In this document: positions 56,080-64,000 of the stretch, piece after piece | Layout of the letters: each line of letters opens with the position of its first letter | Numbering within the stretch: the first letter of the stretch is position 1 | NCBI GenBank assembly: GCA_964556685.1 | Contig: CAZKWX010000003.1 | Location: 78 to 64,077 of the forward strand | Direction of reading: 5' to 3' | Length of the DNA: 64,000 nucleotides | Origin: an uncultured Bdellovibrionales bacterium | GTDB lineage: Bacteria; Patescibacteriota; Minisyncoccia; Moranbacterales; DUUL01 | Translations under genes and position numbers: made by a program | The notes under the pieces: generated by a model | Database searches by the model: none | Seen by the model: the letters and a program-made list of their open reading frames with translations, nothing else | What the model was told of the DNA's origin: nothing

Positions 56080-57858
56080 ATGACTGAGAAGAAAGACAAA
56101 ATTAAGATTCCGTTTCAACTGACAGTCGGCGAATTGGCCGATCGTTTAAACTTACCTGCTTCTGATGTGATCAAACAATTGATGGAAAATGGCATCATGG
56201 CTAACATCAACGAGACAATAGACTATGAAACTGCTGTAATCATCGCTGAAGAAATGGGATTCGAAACTGAAGCTGACCAAAGCACTGGTGATGATGTCAT
56301 CACGCTGGAAAAACTTGAGGAAATTTTGAAATTAGAACAAGAAGATGGAGGCGATTTGAAACCTCGTCCACCTGTGGTGACCATTTTGGGACACGTTGAT
56401 CATGGAAAAACTACCCTTTTGGACACATTGCGCAAAACCCGCATTGCCGAGAAAGAATCGGGTGGAATTACGCAACACATCAGCACCTATCAAGTTAAGA
56501 AGAAGAATAAACTGATCACTTTTATTGACACTCCTGGTCATGAAGCTTTCCAAGCTATGAGAGAAAGAGGCGCTGGCACAGCTGACATTGCTGTTTTAGT
56601 AGTAGCGGCTGATGACGGAGTCAAACCTCAGACAAAAGAAGTGGCTCAATTTTTGCTTGATAAAAAAATTCCTACCGTAGTGGCGATTAATAAAATTGAC
56701 AAGCCTGAAGCCAATGTGAATAAGGTCAAACAAGAATTGGCCGAGTTGGGAATTCTCCTGGAAGGATTTGGCGGTGATGTGCTTTTTAATGAAATCTCTG
56801 CCAAAAACGATGTAGGGCTGGATGAATTGCTTGACACTATTTTGCTGGTGACAGAGGTACATGAATTTAAAGCAGATCCAGAACGCAACGCCCTGGGCGT
56901 GGTGTTGGAAGCCCACAAAGATCCACAAAAAGGTCCTGTAGCCACCGTTTTGATCAAGTCCGGAACATTGAAAATGGGTCAAGATATGACTATTGGAAAC
57001 ATCCAAGGAAAAGTGCGAAAAATTGAGGACTATAGCGGCCGATCGGTGGACAGTGCTCCTCCTTCAATGCCTGTCACTTTGATTGGATTGGAAAATGTCC
57101 CTCAAAGCAATGACGTGCTGAGCATTCCCAAAGAGACATTAGATCGAAAAAAGAAAAAATTGCTAGAAAAGGTTACTGCTACTTCATCAGCTGGCGCCAT
57201 CAGCTCCAAACAGATGATTGAAAACATTGATGAAGCTTTAATGAAAAAATATTCCATCATTCTCAAAGCTGATGTGCAAGGCTCTTTGGAAGCAATTCAT
57301 CAAATTCTCGACACTATCAAATCAGATGAAGTTAACTTGGATGTTTTCTCTGAGGGAGTTGGCCCCATAACTGAAACTGATGTGCAATCTGCTCAAACAG
57401 CAAAAGCAACAGTCTATGGCTTCAACGTTTTCCCCACCGCTGTGGCCTCTCGTTTGGCCGAAGGAGCCGGTGTGCCAGTCAAGACCTTCAGCATCATTTA
57501 TGAACTAGTTGAGGATGTAAAAAACGAAATGTCTGAACGATTAGATCCAGAAATCAAGCGTACTAATCTTGGTCGATTGAAAGTATTGGCCATTTTCAAG
57601 AACATGAAAAATAGTATGGTGGTAGGCGGGAAAGTCACCAATGGGAAGATAGTCAAGGGACAAAACATCGAAATTTTGCGTAATAAAGAACCTATTAATA
57701 GCGGAAAATTGGTTCAATTGCAGCAGAACAAAGAAGAAGCCACTGAAGTCAAAGAAGGACTCGAATGCGGCATCTCTTTCGAGGGAAAAGAAAAAATAGA
57801 AGTGGGAGATGTGTTGGTTTGTTATAAAGAAGAGAAGATAAAGAAAAAAATTAAATAA
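56080..57858 (+). CDS. infB: Translation initiation factor IF-2 (short form)
   Basis: 592 aa; G domain GHVDHGKTTLLD, DTPGH, NKID; beta-barrel domains II and C2. Confidence 0.95.
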   Translation: MTEKKDKIKIPFQLTVGELADRLNLPASDVIKQLMENGIMANINETIDYETAVIIAEEMGFETEADQSTGDDVITLEKLEEILKLEQEDGGDLKPRPPVVTILGHVDHGKTTLLDTLRKTRIAEKESGGITQHISTYQVKKKNKLITFIDTPGHEAFQAMRERGAGTADIAVLVVAADDGVKPQTKEVAQFLLDKKIPTVVAINKIDKPEANVNKVKQELAELGILLEGFGGDVLFNEISAKNDVGLDELLDTILLVTEVHEFKADPERNALGVVLEAHKDPQKGPVATVLIKSGTLKMGQDMTIGNIQGKVRKIEDYSGRSVDSAPPSMPVTLIGLENVPQSNDVLSIPKETLDRKKKKLLEKVTATSSAGAISSKQMIENIDEALMKKYSIILKADVQGSLEAIHQILDTIKSDEVNLDVFSEGVGPITETDVQSAQTAKATVYGFNVFPTAVASRLAEGAGVPVKTFSIIYELVEDVKNEMSERLDPEIKRTNLGRLKVLAIFKNMKNSMVVGGKVTNGKIVKGQNIEILRNKEPINSGKLVQLQQNKEEATEVKEGLECGISFEGKEKIEVGDVLVCYKEEKIKKKIK

Positions 57859-57950
57859 CAAATTACAAATGTCAAATCAAGTTCAAAATCCAAATTCATT
57901 AAGGCATTCTGGCTTTGTTATTGATTTGTCATTTGATATTTGAAATTTGG
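57859..57950. repeat. AT-rich hairpin repeat element (CAAATCAA/TTGATTTGTCATTTGATATTTGA family), copy after infB
   Basis: Identical 32-mer GCTTTGTTATTGATTTGTCATTTGATATTTGA also at 60604-60635; upstream arms ~75% identical; relatives at 53880-54000, 55935-56030, 7270-7330. Confidence 0.55.
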
Positions 57951-58306
57951 GATTTATCAATATGTCTCAACGAATTCACAAAATAAACGATCTCATTCGA
58001 GATCATTTAGCCAATATTATCAGCAAGAATGTCTCGCTGCCGCGGGATGTTTTTGTCTCCATCACAAAGGTTGACACTTCGAAGGATTTGCGTTATTCTC
58101 GAGTGCTTGTCAGCGTCTTCCCAGAAGACAAAAGAGAGTCGGCCATGAAGATTTTGGAGAAAAATGTTTTTCAAGTTCAAGGCCAACTGAATAAACTGCT
58201 CTCATGCAAGCCGCTTCCTCGGATTGAGTTCATCTCCGACGACACAGAACAAAAAGCTGATGAATTAGAAGAAATCTTCGAGCAAATCCGGAAGGAAAGG
58301 AAATAG
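57947..58306 (+). CDS. rbfA: Ribosome-binding factor A
   Basis: 119 aa; KH-like fold pattern of RbfA, positioned directly after infB as in most bacteria. Confidence 0.7.
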   Translation: MGFINMSQRIHKINDLIRDHLANIISKNVSLPRDVFVSITKVDTSKDLRYSRVLVSVFPEDKRESAMKILEKNVFQVQGQLNKLLSCKPLPRIEFISDDTEQKADELEEIFEQIRKERK

Positions 58307-58349
58307 GGAACATGGGGTGTAGGCAGTAGGTTAAGTCATAGGAAAGAGG

Positions 58350-59408
58350 TTGTTGGTTGGTTATTTCTTAAGTCCTACAGCTTATAACCAATCTTACTGC
58401 CAATGCCATATTTCCCAACAACCAGTCAAAAAGATGGAAATTTTAGCTGAAAAATTTGAGCGACTAGAAAAAAGCCTCAGAAAATCAAGGACTCCCCTTT
58501 TGATCGTCCATCCAAAGCCCGACACTGATGCACTTGGATCAGTTTTTTCGCTCTATGAATATATAAAAGAGAGCCATCCTGAAAATCAGCCTAAGATTTT
58601 TAGCATCGACAAACCAAGACTAGAGTTGGAAGAGCTTTTCCCCACTCAAAAAATAGATTATAAGTATAAAATGTCTGATCACGATCTATTCATCTTTCTT
58701 GATCGGGTTGACCTTTATTATAAGCTTGAGATTGATAGTAAGATTGAGAAATTGAAAAAACCGGTTGATGTTTTGGGAATTGATCATCACGCCAATTCAT
58801 ACATCCCTGATTCTCTGGTGGTGCTCGACACCAAAGCTTCGGCCACCAGTGAAATTCTCTATCGATTTTTTGATCACGTTGAATTTTCCTACGACAAAAA
58901 AGTGGCCCAGTATCTGCTTAACGGCATCTATGATGACACCGGCGGCTTTCGTCATGACAACACCTCGCCACTTAGCCTGGAAATCAGTGGTAATCTGATG
59001 AGAAAAGGGGCATCAGTTACTAAAATTAACCGGATTCTGTATTCCAACAAATCAATCAGCACTTTGAAGCTTTGGGGTATTGCTCTTGATCGAGCTCAAG
59101 TCAATCCCAAGACTGGCATGGCCGTCAGCTTCATCACCAAAGCTGACATTGAACGCTGCGGTGCCACTCCCCATGACCTCGATGGGCTTTCCGAAATTCT
59201 CAACACTATTTCTGGCTCAAAATTTTCTTTGGTTTTGTCCGAAAGAGAACAAAATAAAATTCGAGCTTCGCTCAGATCAGAAAGATATAAGAAAATTGAT
59301 GTTTCAAAAATTGCCCGAGAATTCAAAGGTGGCGGTCACACCTTGGCCAGCGGTTTTGAGATCAAGGGTCGTTTACGTCAGGTGGGAGATAGTTGGATTA
59401 TTGAATAG
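58350..59408 (+). CDS. nrnA: DHH/DHHA1 phosphoesterase NrnA-like (oligoribonuclease/pAp phosphatase); start possibly 58434
   Basis: 352 aa; DHH motif GIDHHANS, DHHA1 GGGH motif near the C-terminus. Confidence 0.75.
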   Translation: MLVGYFLSPTAYNQSYCQCHISQQPVKKMEILAEKFERLEKSLRKSRTPLLIVHPKPDTDALGSVFSLYEYIKESHPENQPKIFSIDKPRLELEELFPTQKIDYKYKMSDHDLFIFLDRVDLYYKLEIDSKIEKLKKPVDVLGIDHHANSYIPDSLVVLDTKASATSEILYRFFDHVEFSYDKKVAQYLLNGIYDDTGGFRHDNTSPLSLEISGNLMRKGASVTKINRILYSNKSISTLKLWGIALDRAQVNPKTGMAVSFITKADIERCGATPHDLDGLSEILNTISGSKFSLVLSEREQNKIRASLRSERYKKIDVSKIAREFKGGGHTLASGFEIKGRLRQVGDSWIIE

Positions 59409-59441
59409 GTCGTGTAACACATAACTTAGAACACATAACAA

Positions 59442-59466
59442 GTCCCGCTAAGCGGGATTTTTTACT
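59442..59466 (+). terminator. Rho-independent terminator (AGTCCCGC-TAA-GCGGGATT + T5)
   Basis: GC stem plus TTTTTTA after nrnA. Confidence 0.6.
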
Positions 59467-59608
59467 CCACCTGAGATATCTCATGAGATAAACTACCATT
59501 TAAATGGTAGTTTTACCTCCTTCGTCCCAAGAGTTAAGGCTATAGAGGACAGGTGGTAGTTTTTCTTGGCACAATTTATATTTCCCTTATACTTAATACA
59601 TACGGTAC

Positions 59609-59644
59609 TGAAATGCGATTACCGGTACCGGTAATCGCATTTCA
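59609..59644. promoter_or_regulatory. 34-36-bp perfect palindrome GAAATGCGATTACCGGT|ACCGGTAATCGCATTTC upstream of nfo
   Basis: Perfect dyad centred on GGTACC, 40 bp upstream of the nfo start; preceded by palindromes GAGATATCTC and CTACCATTTAAATGGTAG. Confidence 0.5.
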
Positions 59645-59684
59645 AAGAACTCAGTCTCTCCCCATCAATCACTAATTACAAGCT

Positions 59685-60554
59685 ATGAAAATCGGCTGTC
59701 ACGTTTCCATCGCCGGAGGATTAGAAAACGCTCCCAAGAACGCTCGGGACTTGGATTGCGAATGTTTTCAAATGTTTTCCCGATCACCTAGAGGCGGAAA
59801 TTACACCCCCCTAGACGAAAAAGGGGCAAAAACATTTCTAGAAGCCTGCAAAAAATATAAATATGAAATTGGCAAGGATTACGTTATCCACTCTCCCTAT
59901 TTTATCAATTTAGCCAGCAGCAATAATCGGATTTATTATGGCTCAATCAATATTTTGCGACAAGAATTAGACACGGCCAGCTTGATTGATTGTCCTTATG
60001 TGATCACACACATTGGTAGCGCTAAGGATATCTCTGGAAAGACGTCGGACGTCTCCAAAGACGTCGGACGTCTCATCCTAAGAGCTATCAAAAAAATCCA
60101 CGAAAAATATTCTGGCAGTGCTCAGTTAGTTTTGGAAATCGCTGCCGGATCAGGCCAGATTATTGGCGATTCGCTTGAAGAAATCGGTTATTTTTTAAAA
60201 CAGGCCAAAAAAGATGATATTGAATTGGGATTTTGTTTTGACACTTGCCACAGCTTTGCAGCTGGTTATGATTTGAGATCAGCAGAAAAAGTGCGAGAAG
60301 TTTTTGCCGAAATTGACAAAGTAATTGGCTTGGATCACCTTAAGTGTATTCACTTCAATGACTCAATGACCGAGTTTGATTCTCACAAGGATCGCCACGA
60401 GCATATTGGCAAGGGTCAAATTGGAAAAGAAAACCTCAAAGAAGTAGTCAAGGTAGCTCAAGAACTTGATCTGAACTTATATTTAGAAACCAAGCATGAT
60501 AAGATAGAAGAAGACCTTAAAGTCACGAAAGGATTTCGTGACAATTCCAGATGA
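59685..60554 (+). CDS. nfo: Endonuclease IV (AP endonuclease family 2)
   Basis: 289 aa; HSPYFINLAS, VITHIGS, CFDTCHSFAAGYD metal-ligand motifs; stop TGA. Confidence 0.85.
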   Translation: MKIGCHVSIAGGLENAPKNARDLDCECFQMFSRSPRGGNYTPLDEKGAKTFLEACKKYKYEIGKDYVIHSPYFINLASSNNRIYYGSINILRQELDTASLIDCPYVITHIGSAKDISGKTSDVSKDVGRLILRAIKKIHEKYSGSAQLVLEIAAGSGQIIGDSLEEIGYFLKQAKKDDIELGFCFDTCHSFAAGYDLRSAEKVREVFAEIDKVIGLDHLKCIHFNDSMTEFDSHKDRHEHIGKGQIGKENLKEVVKVAQELDLNLYLETKHDKIEEDLKVTKGFRDNSR

Positions 60555-60650
60555 CAAAATCCCAATGCCAAACCAAGCTCAAATTCCAAATTAATTCTTT
60601 CATGCTTTGTTATTGATTTGTCATTTGATATTTGATATTTATCATTTTAA
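60555..60650. repeat. AT-rich hairpin repeat element, copy after nfo
   Basis: Same family as 57859-57950 (identical 32-mer at 60604-60635). Confidence 0.55.
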
Positions 60651-60653
60651 GTT

Positions 60654-61316
60654 ATGACTCTCAAAGAACTCGAAGAAAAAACTAGAACTTGCACCAAATG
60701 TGGCCTAGCTGATGGTCGCACTCAAGTGGTTCCTGGTGAAGGCAGCGCTAAAGCCGAGGTTATGTTTATTGGTGAAGGCCCGGGTAAAAACGAGGATGAA
60801 CAAGGCCGTCCTTTTGTTGGTGCAGCTGGAAAGTTTCTGACTGAACTGATTGAATTGATAGGAATGAAACGAGAAGACGTTTACATTGCCAACGTGATCA
60901 AGTGTCGACCGCCCAACAATCGTGATCCGATGCCTCACGAAGTTGATGCTTGTTGGCCTTGGTTAGAGCAGCAAATTCAGTTGATTAAACCTAAAATAAT
61001 TGTTCCTTTGGGACGTCACAGTCTAGCCCGATTTTTGCCAGTGGCTCGCATCAGCGGTGACCACGGAAGAGCTTTGCGGAAAAATCTTGAATTTTCAGAT
61101 AAATCCTCTCGCCGGATTATTTTCTTTCCTTGTTATCATCCGGCAGCTGCTTTGTATAATGGTGGACTTCGCGAGGTGATTAAAAAAGACTTTCAAAAAA
61201 TTCCTAAGATTTTAGAGATTGCTGATAAAGAAAAGAATGAGCCTGCTCCTGGTGCTGATTATACCCCTCCAGAAAAAGAAAAGACTGATGAACCTGTTCA
61301 GGGAAGCTTATTTTAG
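60654..61316 (+). CDS. Uracil-DNA glycosylase, family 4 (Fe-S type)
   Basis: 220 aa; GEGPGKNEDEQGRPFVGAAGKFL motif A, 4Cys Fe-S ligands, HPAA motif B. Confidence 0.85.
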   Translation: MTLKELEEKTRTCTKCGLADGRTQVVPGEGSAKAEVMFIGEGPGKNEDEQGRPFVGAAGKFLTELIELIGMKREDVYIANVIKCRPPNNRDPMPHEVDACWPWLEQQIQLIKPKIIVPLGRHSLARFLPVARISGDHGRALRKNLEFSDKSSRRIIFFPCYHPAAALYNGGLREVIKKDFQKIPKILEIADKEKNEPAPGADYTPPEKEKTDEPVQGSLF

Positions 61317-61375
61317 GTTAAAAAACTCATTATTGACCAAGAATCAGATTATTGATATTGTTAATTGGTATAATT

Positions 61376-61448
61376 GGCCGCGTGGTGAAGTAGCTAACAC
61401 ATCGGTCTGCAAAACCGAGATTCGCGGGTGCAAATCCCGCCGCGGCCT
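61376..61448 (+). tRNA. tRNA-Cys (anticodon GCA)
   Basis: GGCCGCG/CGCGGCC acceptor, anticodon stem-loop TCGGT-CTGCAAA-ACCGA, T arm GCGGGTGCAAATCCCGC, discriminator U (Cys identity element); extended -10 TGGTATAAT upstream. Confidence 0.8.
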
Positions 61449-61461
61449 CAGATATTTTAAT

Positions 61462-61545
61462 GCCCGGGTGGTGAAATTGGTATACACGCGAGACTTAAAA
61501 TTTCGTGGAATTTATTCCGTGCGGGTTCGAGTCCCGCCCCGGGCA
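61462..61545 (+). tRNA. tRNA-Leu (anticodon UAA), long variable arm
   Basis: GCCCGGG/CCCGGGC acceptor, anticodon stem-loop CGAGA-CTTAAAA-TTTCG, variable arm TGGAATTTATTCCGT, T arm GCGGGTTCGAGTCCCGC, discriminator A. Confidence 0.85.
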
Positions 61546-61696
61546 CACCAACGCAAACTTAGGATTTTAATCACGTATTACTACATTCAGCTGGCCAACC
61601 CAGCAAGTTCAAAAGTCATAGGATTCCCATTTTATATGGGGATACTCATAAACAAAAAAGGTCGCTACCACGCGCCTTTTTTGTTTGTTAAGAATT

Positions 61697-62935
61697 CTAT
61701 TTTAATTCCTTCACCGAGTTAACAAATATTTCTATCCCTTTGTCTAATACGCTTTTTTCTATTGTTAATGGGGGCATCAACTGAATATTTCCACCACTTC
61801 CCAACACTAAGTGCAAGCCATTTTTGTATGCTTTAGTTATAACTTTTTGAGCAAAAGCTTCATTCGGTTCTTTGCTACTCTTGCTTTTAACAAAATCAAC
61901 ACCGACTTCCATTCCAATTCCTCGAATGTCTCCTACTCTTGAATCATCATCTAGCTCCTTTTTTAATAAATTTATGAAATACATTCCGTCTTTCTTAGAT
62001 TTTTCCCATATTTTTTCTCTTTGATGAATTTGTAGAGTTTTAAGAGCGGCAGCACAAGAAGGTGGATTCCAACCGAAGGTAGAGATGAGCGTTGTTTTAT
62101 CACATGTTTTATCCGCAATAGTTTTAGTGGTGACCATTGCCCCGATTGGAGCAACTCCATTAGACATACCTTTCGCGAAAGTAGCAATGTCAGGAACTAT
62201 TCTCTCTAATTCCATGCCATATAATTTACCACACCGAGAAAATCCGGTTCCAACTTCATCTAAAATAAGCAAGGTTCCATATTTTTTTGTCAGTCTTCTT
62301 AATAACTTCAAGTATCCCTTCGGAGCAACGTAGGTTGAGCCCCAACCAGTGATTATTCCCGCCTCTGTGATTATTGCTGCAACATTTTCTCTTTTTAGGA
62401 TTTTTTCTATCTTCTTTTCAAATTCTTCGAGAATTACTTTGGAACTTTTGATTGTTCTATAAGTATTTGGGTATTCAAACCGAATAATTCCTCCTACCAA
62501 TGGTGCTATTACATCTGCATATTCTTTGAAACCAATTGAAATAGTAGCGAAAGATTGTCCATGATAGGTATCTTTGAAGCTAAGTATTTTCTTGCGACCT
62601 GTATATGCCCTTGCTGTTTTCAGCGCTTCTTCATTAGCTTCCGTGCCTCCTGTTGCTCTGCCAACTGCAACTAATTCTTTGGGTAGGGAACTTGTTAGTT
62701 CTTTTGCGAGTTCATTCTGAATTGGATCAGCGGTCCACATTGGGGCGTACGTATTAACCTTCAACTGATTAACCATCGCTTTGGTTATTTCCGGATGGTT
62801 CCAGCCCAGATTTGTTACATTCCAGCCAGAAGTAAAATCAATTAATCTATTCCCCTTGCTGTTCCAAATATAGCTACCTTGAGCTTTTTTCAAATCAAAT
62901 TGCCAGTCAGAAAAAAGAATATTCTTTTTAAGCAT
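61697..62935 (-). CDS. Class-III PLP-dependent aminotransferase
   Basis: 412 aa; conserved class-III fold with Lys-containing segment and GWN.P pattern; substrate not assignable. Confidence 0.75.
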   Translation of the reverse strand: MLKKNILFSDWQFDLKKAQGSYIWNSKGNRLIDFTSGWNVTNLGWNHPEITKAMVNQLKVNTYAPMWTADPIQNELAKELTSSLPKELVAVGRATGGTEANEEALKTARAYTGRKKILSFKDTYHGQSFATISIGFKEYADVIAPLVGGIIRFEYPNTYRTIKSSKVILEEFEKKIEKILKRENVAAIITEAGIITGWGSTYVAPKGYLKLLRRLTKKYGTLLILDEVGTGFSRCGKLYGMELERIVPDIATFAKGMSNGVAPIGAMVTTKTIADKTCDKTTLISTFGWNPPSCAAALKTLQIHQREKIWEKSKKDGMYFINLLKKELDDDSRVGDIRGIGMEVGVDFVKSKSSKEPNEAFAQKVITKAYKNGLHLVLGSGGNIQLMPPLTIEKSVLDKGIEIFVNSVKELK

Positions 62936-63035
62936 AGTTATTTGTAACTTTAATTATTATACTTCTGATTTCTTTAATACTGTATTCCAAATTTAACACG
63001 TTCTTATAACATTTCCCAAATTTTTCCGTGCCGTT

Positions 63036-63752
63036 TCATGACATCGCCTTCTTTCTGAGATTCTGAGGCATTTTTTCAATGGCATAGCGCAAGGCTGTGC
63101 GCGGCATTCGATTCTTATTTTTAATTACATAATCAAATACTTCCTTTTGCCAGAAATTAGCTGCCTCTTTAAGCATCCAGCCATAGCCCTTTTGCACTAG
63201 ATCATCTTCATCCAAAAGTAGCTGATCAGCCACCCAAAATATATCTTTGAGATATTTTTTTTCTTTTTGTTTGGCATGATAGATCAAAGTTACCGCTGCG
63301 GCTCGTTTTTCCCAGCGGTTTTCTGATTTGGTCCATTTTTTTAACTTTTTTAATAATTCCGGAAATTGATAAATCAATGTTCCAAAAGTGTGGGTACAGA
63401 AATCATCACAATGAGCCCAATTGTGGACATACTTTTTGAGCCATCTCTCAAATATATTGAAATCATCAATTGTGAAATCTTTTCTGATTTTACAGGCCCA
63501 GGAGAATGCTACCGTCCCATGCTCCATGTAGCCAGTCCTCAATAATCTCTCACAAAGATCAAAAATCTCTTTTTTATCTAGTCCTTTCACTTCTTGAAAG
63601 TATTTCCTTGCAATAGTCCTCGTGTCTTTTGCTCTAACTCCAATGGGATTTATTTTTTCTTTAAAAAAATTCATCGAGCCTTTTTTATATTCTAAGTCTC
63701 GATGCTTTTTTAAATCTCTTGTGATTTGAGTAATAACCTGCTTTTTATCCAT
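63036..63752 (-). CDS. DNA alkylation repair protein, AlkD/AlkC-like HEAT-repeat glycosylase family
   Basis: 238 aa; helical repeats with WEKRAAAVTLIY..VQKGYGWMLKEAA blocks typical of the AlkD-like family. Confidence 0.55.
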   Translation of the reverse strand: MDKKQVITQITRDLKKHRDLEYKKGSMNFFKEKINPIGVRAKDTRTIARKYFQEVKGLDKKEIFDLCERLLRTGYMEHGTVAFSWACKIRKDFTIDDFNIFERWLKKYVHNWAHCDDFCTHTFGTLIYQFPELLKKLKKWTKSENRWEKRAAAVTLIYHAKQKEKKYLKDIFWVADQLLLDEDDLVQKGYGWMLKEAANFWQKEVFDYVIKNKNRMPRTALRYAIEKMPQNLRKKAMS

Positions 63753-63781
63753 AAGCTATACTTAATACCTAATACTATATA

Positions 63782-64000
63782 CTATATATCTTTCAACATT
63801 ATTCCCGCTGCAAACCTTCCAGTGATGTCTTCTTTTCGGTGAGAGAAAAACTCATTAACATGGCAAGCAGTGCAGATCCCCGATATTTCTATATTTTTTC
63901 TTGGGATTCCAGTGTTCTGGAGTTGAATTTGGTTAGCTCTCCAAAGATCAAGATACCTTTTCCCATCTTTTTCTGCCAATACATGATCTTCTTCTTTATA
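63782..64000 (-). CDS. YfiH/PgeF-family (laccase-domain, DUF152) protein, C-terminal part only; N-terminus beyond window end
   Basis: C-terminus ..GIPRKNIEISGICTACHVNEFFSHRKEDITGRFAAGIMLKDI matches the ..CT.C....FFSYRR...TGR end of the family; ORF open to the window edge. Confidence 0.5.
   Translation of the reverse strand, partial: YKEEDHVLAEKDGKRYLDLWRANQIQLQNTGIPRKNIEISGICTACHVNEFFSHRKEDITGRFAAGIMLKDI

Noticed and set aside
61219-61722. 167-aa ORF spanning tRNA-Cys and tRNA-Leu
   Set aside because: Runs through two tRNA genes and their terminator; spurious
1-64000. CRISPR array
   Set aside because: No series of regularly spaced identical direct repeats; the tandem repeats found have 7-19-bp units with no spacers

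Overview
Low-GC (~38-40%) bacterial chromosomal window with a streamlined housekeeping gene set and many small hypothetical or membrane proteins, consistent with a Patescibacteria/CPR-like genome (inference from composition and gene content only). The standard genetic code applies: TGA terminates dnaX, nfo and the DksA-like gene. I call about 57 protein genes: ftsK, a P-type cation ATPase, a LigD-type phosphoesterase, gtrA-like, dnaX, metK, an M23 peptidase, mpg, ruvB, a fused double PilB/GspE ATPase, rsmA/ksgA, a G5+3D/RlpA-like protein, a PSP1/RicT-like protein, tsf, rpsB, pnp, ileS, a dksA-like gene, lspA, comM/yifB, a LysM-CHAP hydrolase, xerC/D-like, infB, rbfA, nrnA, nfo, a family-4 UDG, a class-III aminotransferase and an AlkD-like protein. 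There are 8 tRNA genes: Gln-UUG, Thr-UGU, Tyr-GUA, Thr-GGU, Val-GAC, Cys-GCA, Leu-UAA, plus fragments. Cis-regulatory RNAs: a SAM-I riboswitch ahead of metK and a T-box leader ahead of ileS. Most notable items: (1) a tRNA-Thr(GGU) whose anticodon loop is split by a ~210-nt insert with group-I-intron hallmarks; (2) a tRNA hotspot at 33.7-35.5 kb with two 3' tRNA fragments, ~30-bp direct repeats bracketing a VOC gene, and a GC-rich structured segment; (3) a 1034-aa ORF holding two complete PilB/GspE ATPase cores in tandem; (4) a compositionally distinct islet at 17.9-21.4 kb with an AbrB/MazE-like regulator, GGTACC-core palindromic operators and an aldose-1-epimerase gene broken by one in-frame TGA; (5) a promoter-to-terminator structured ncRNA candidate of ~440 nt at 44.9-45.4 kb with no ORF; (6) three families of dispersed intergenic palindromic repeats. 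No CRISPR array, rRNA, or obvious transposase/integrase (other than a XerC/D-type recombinase) was seen.
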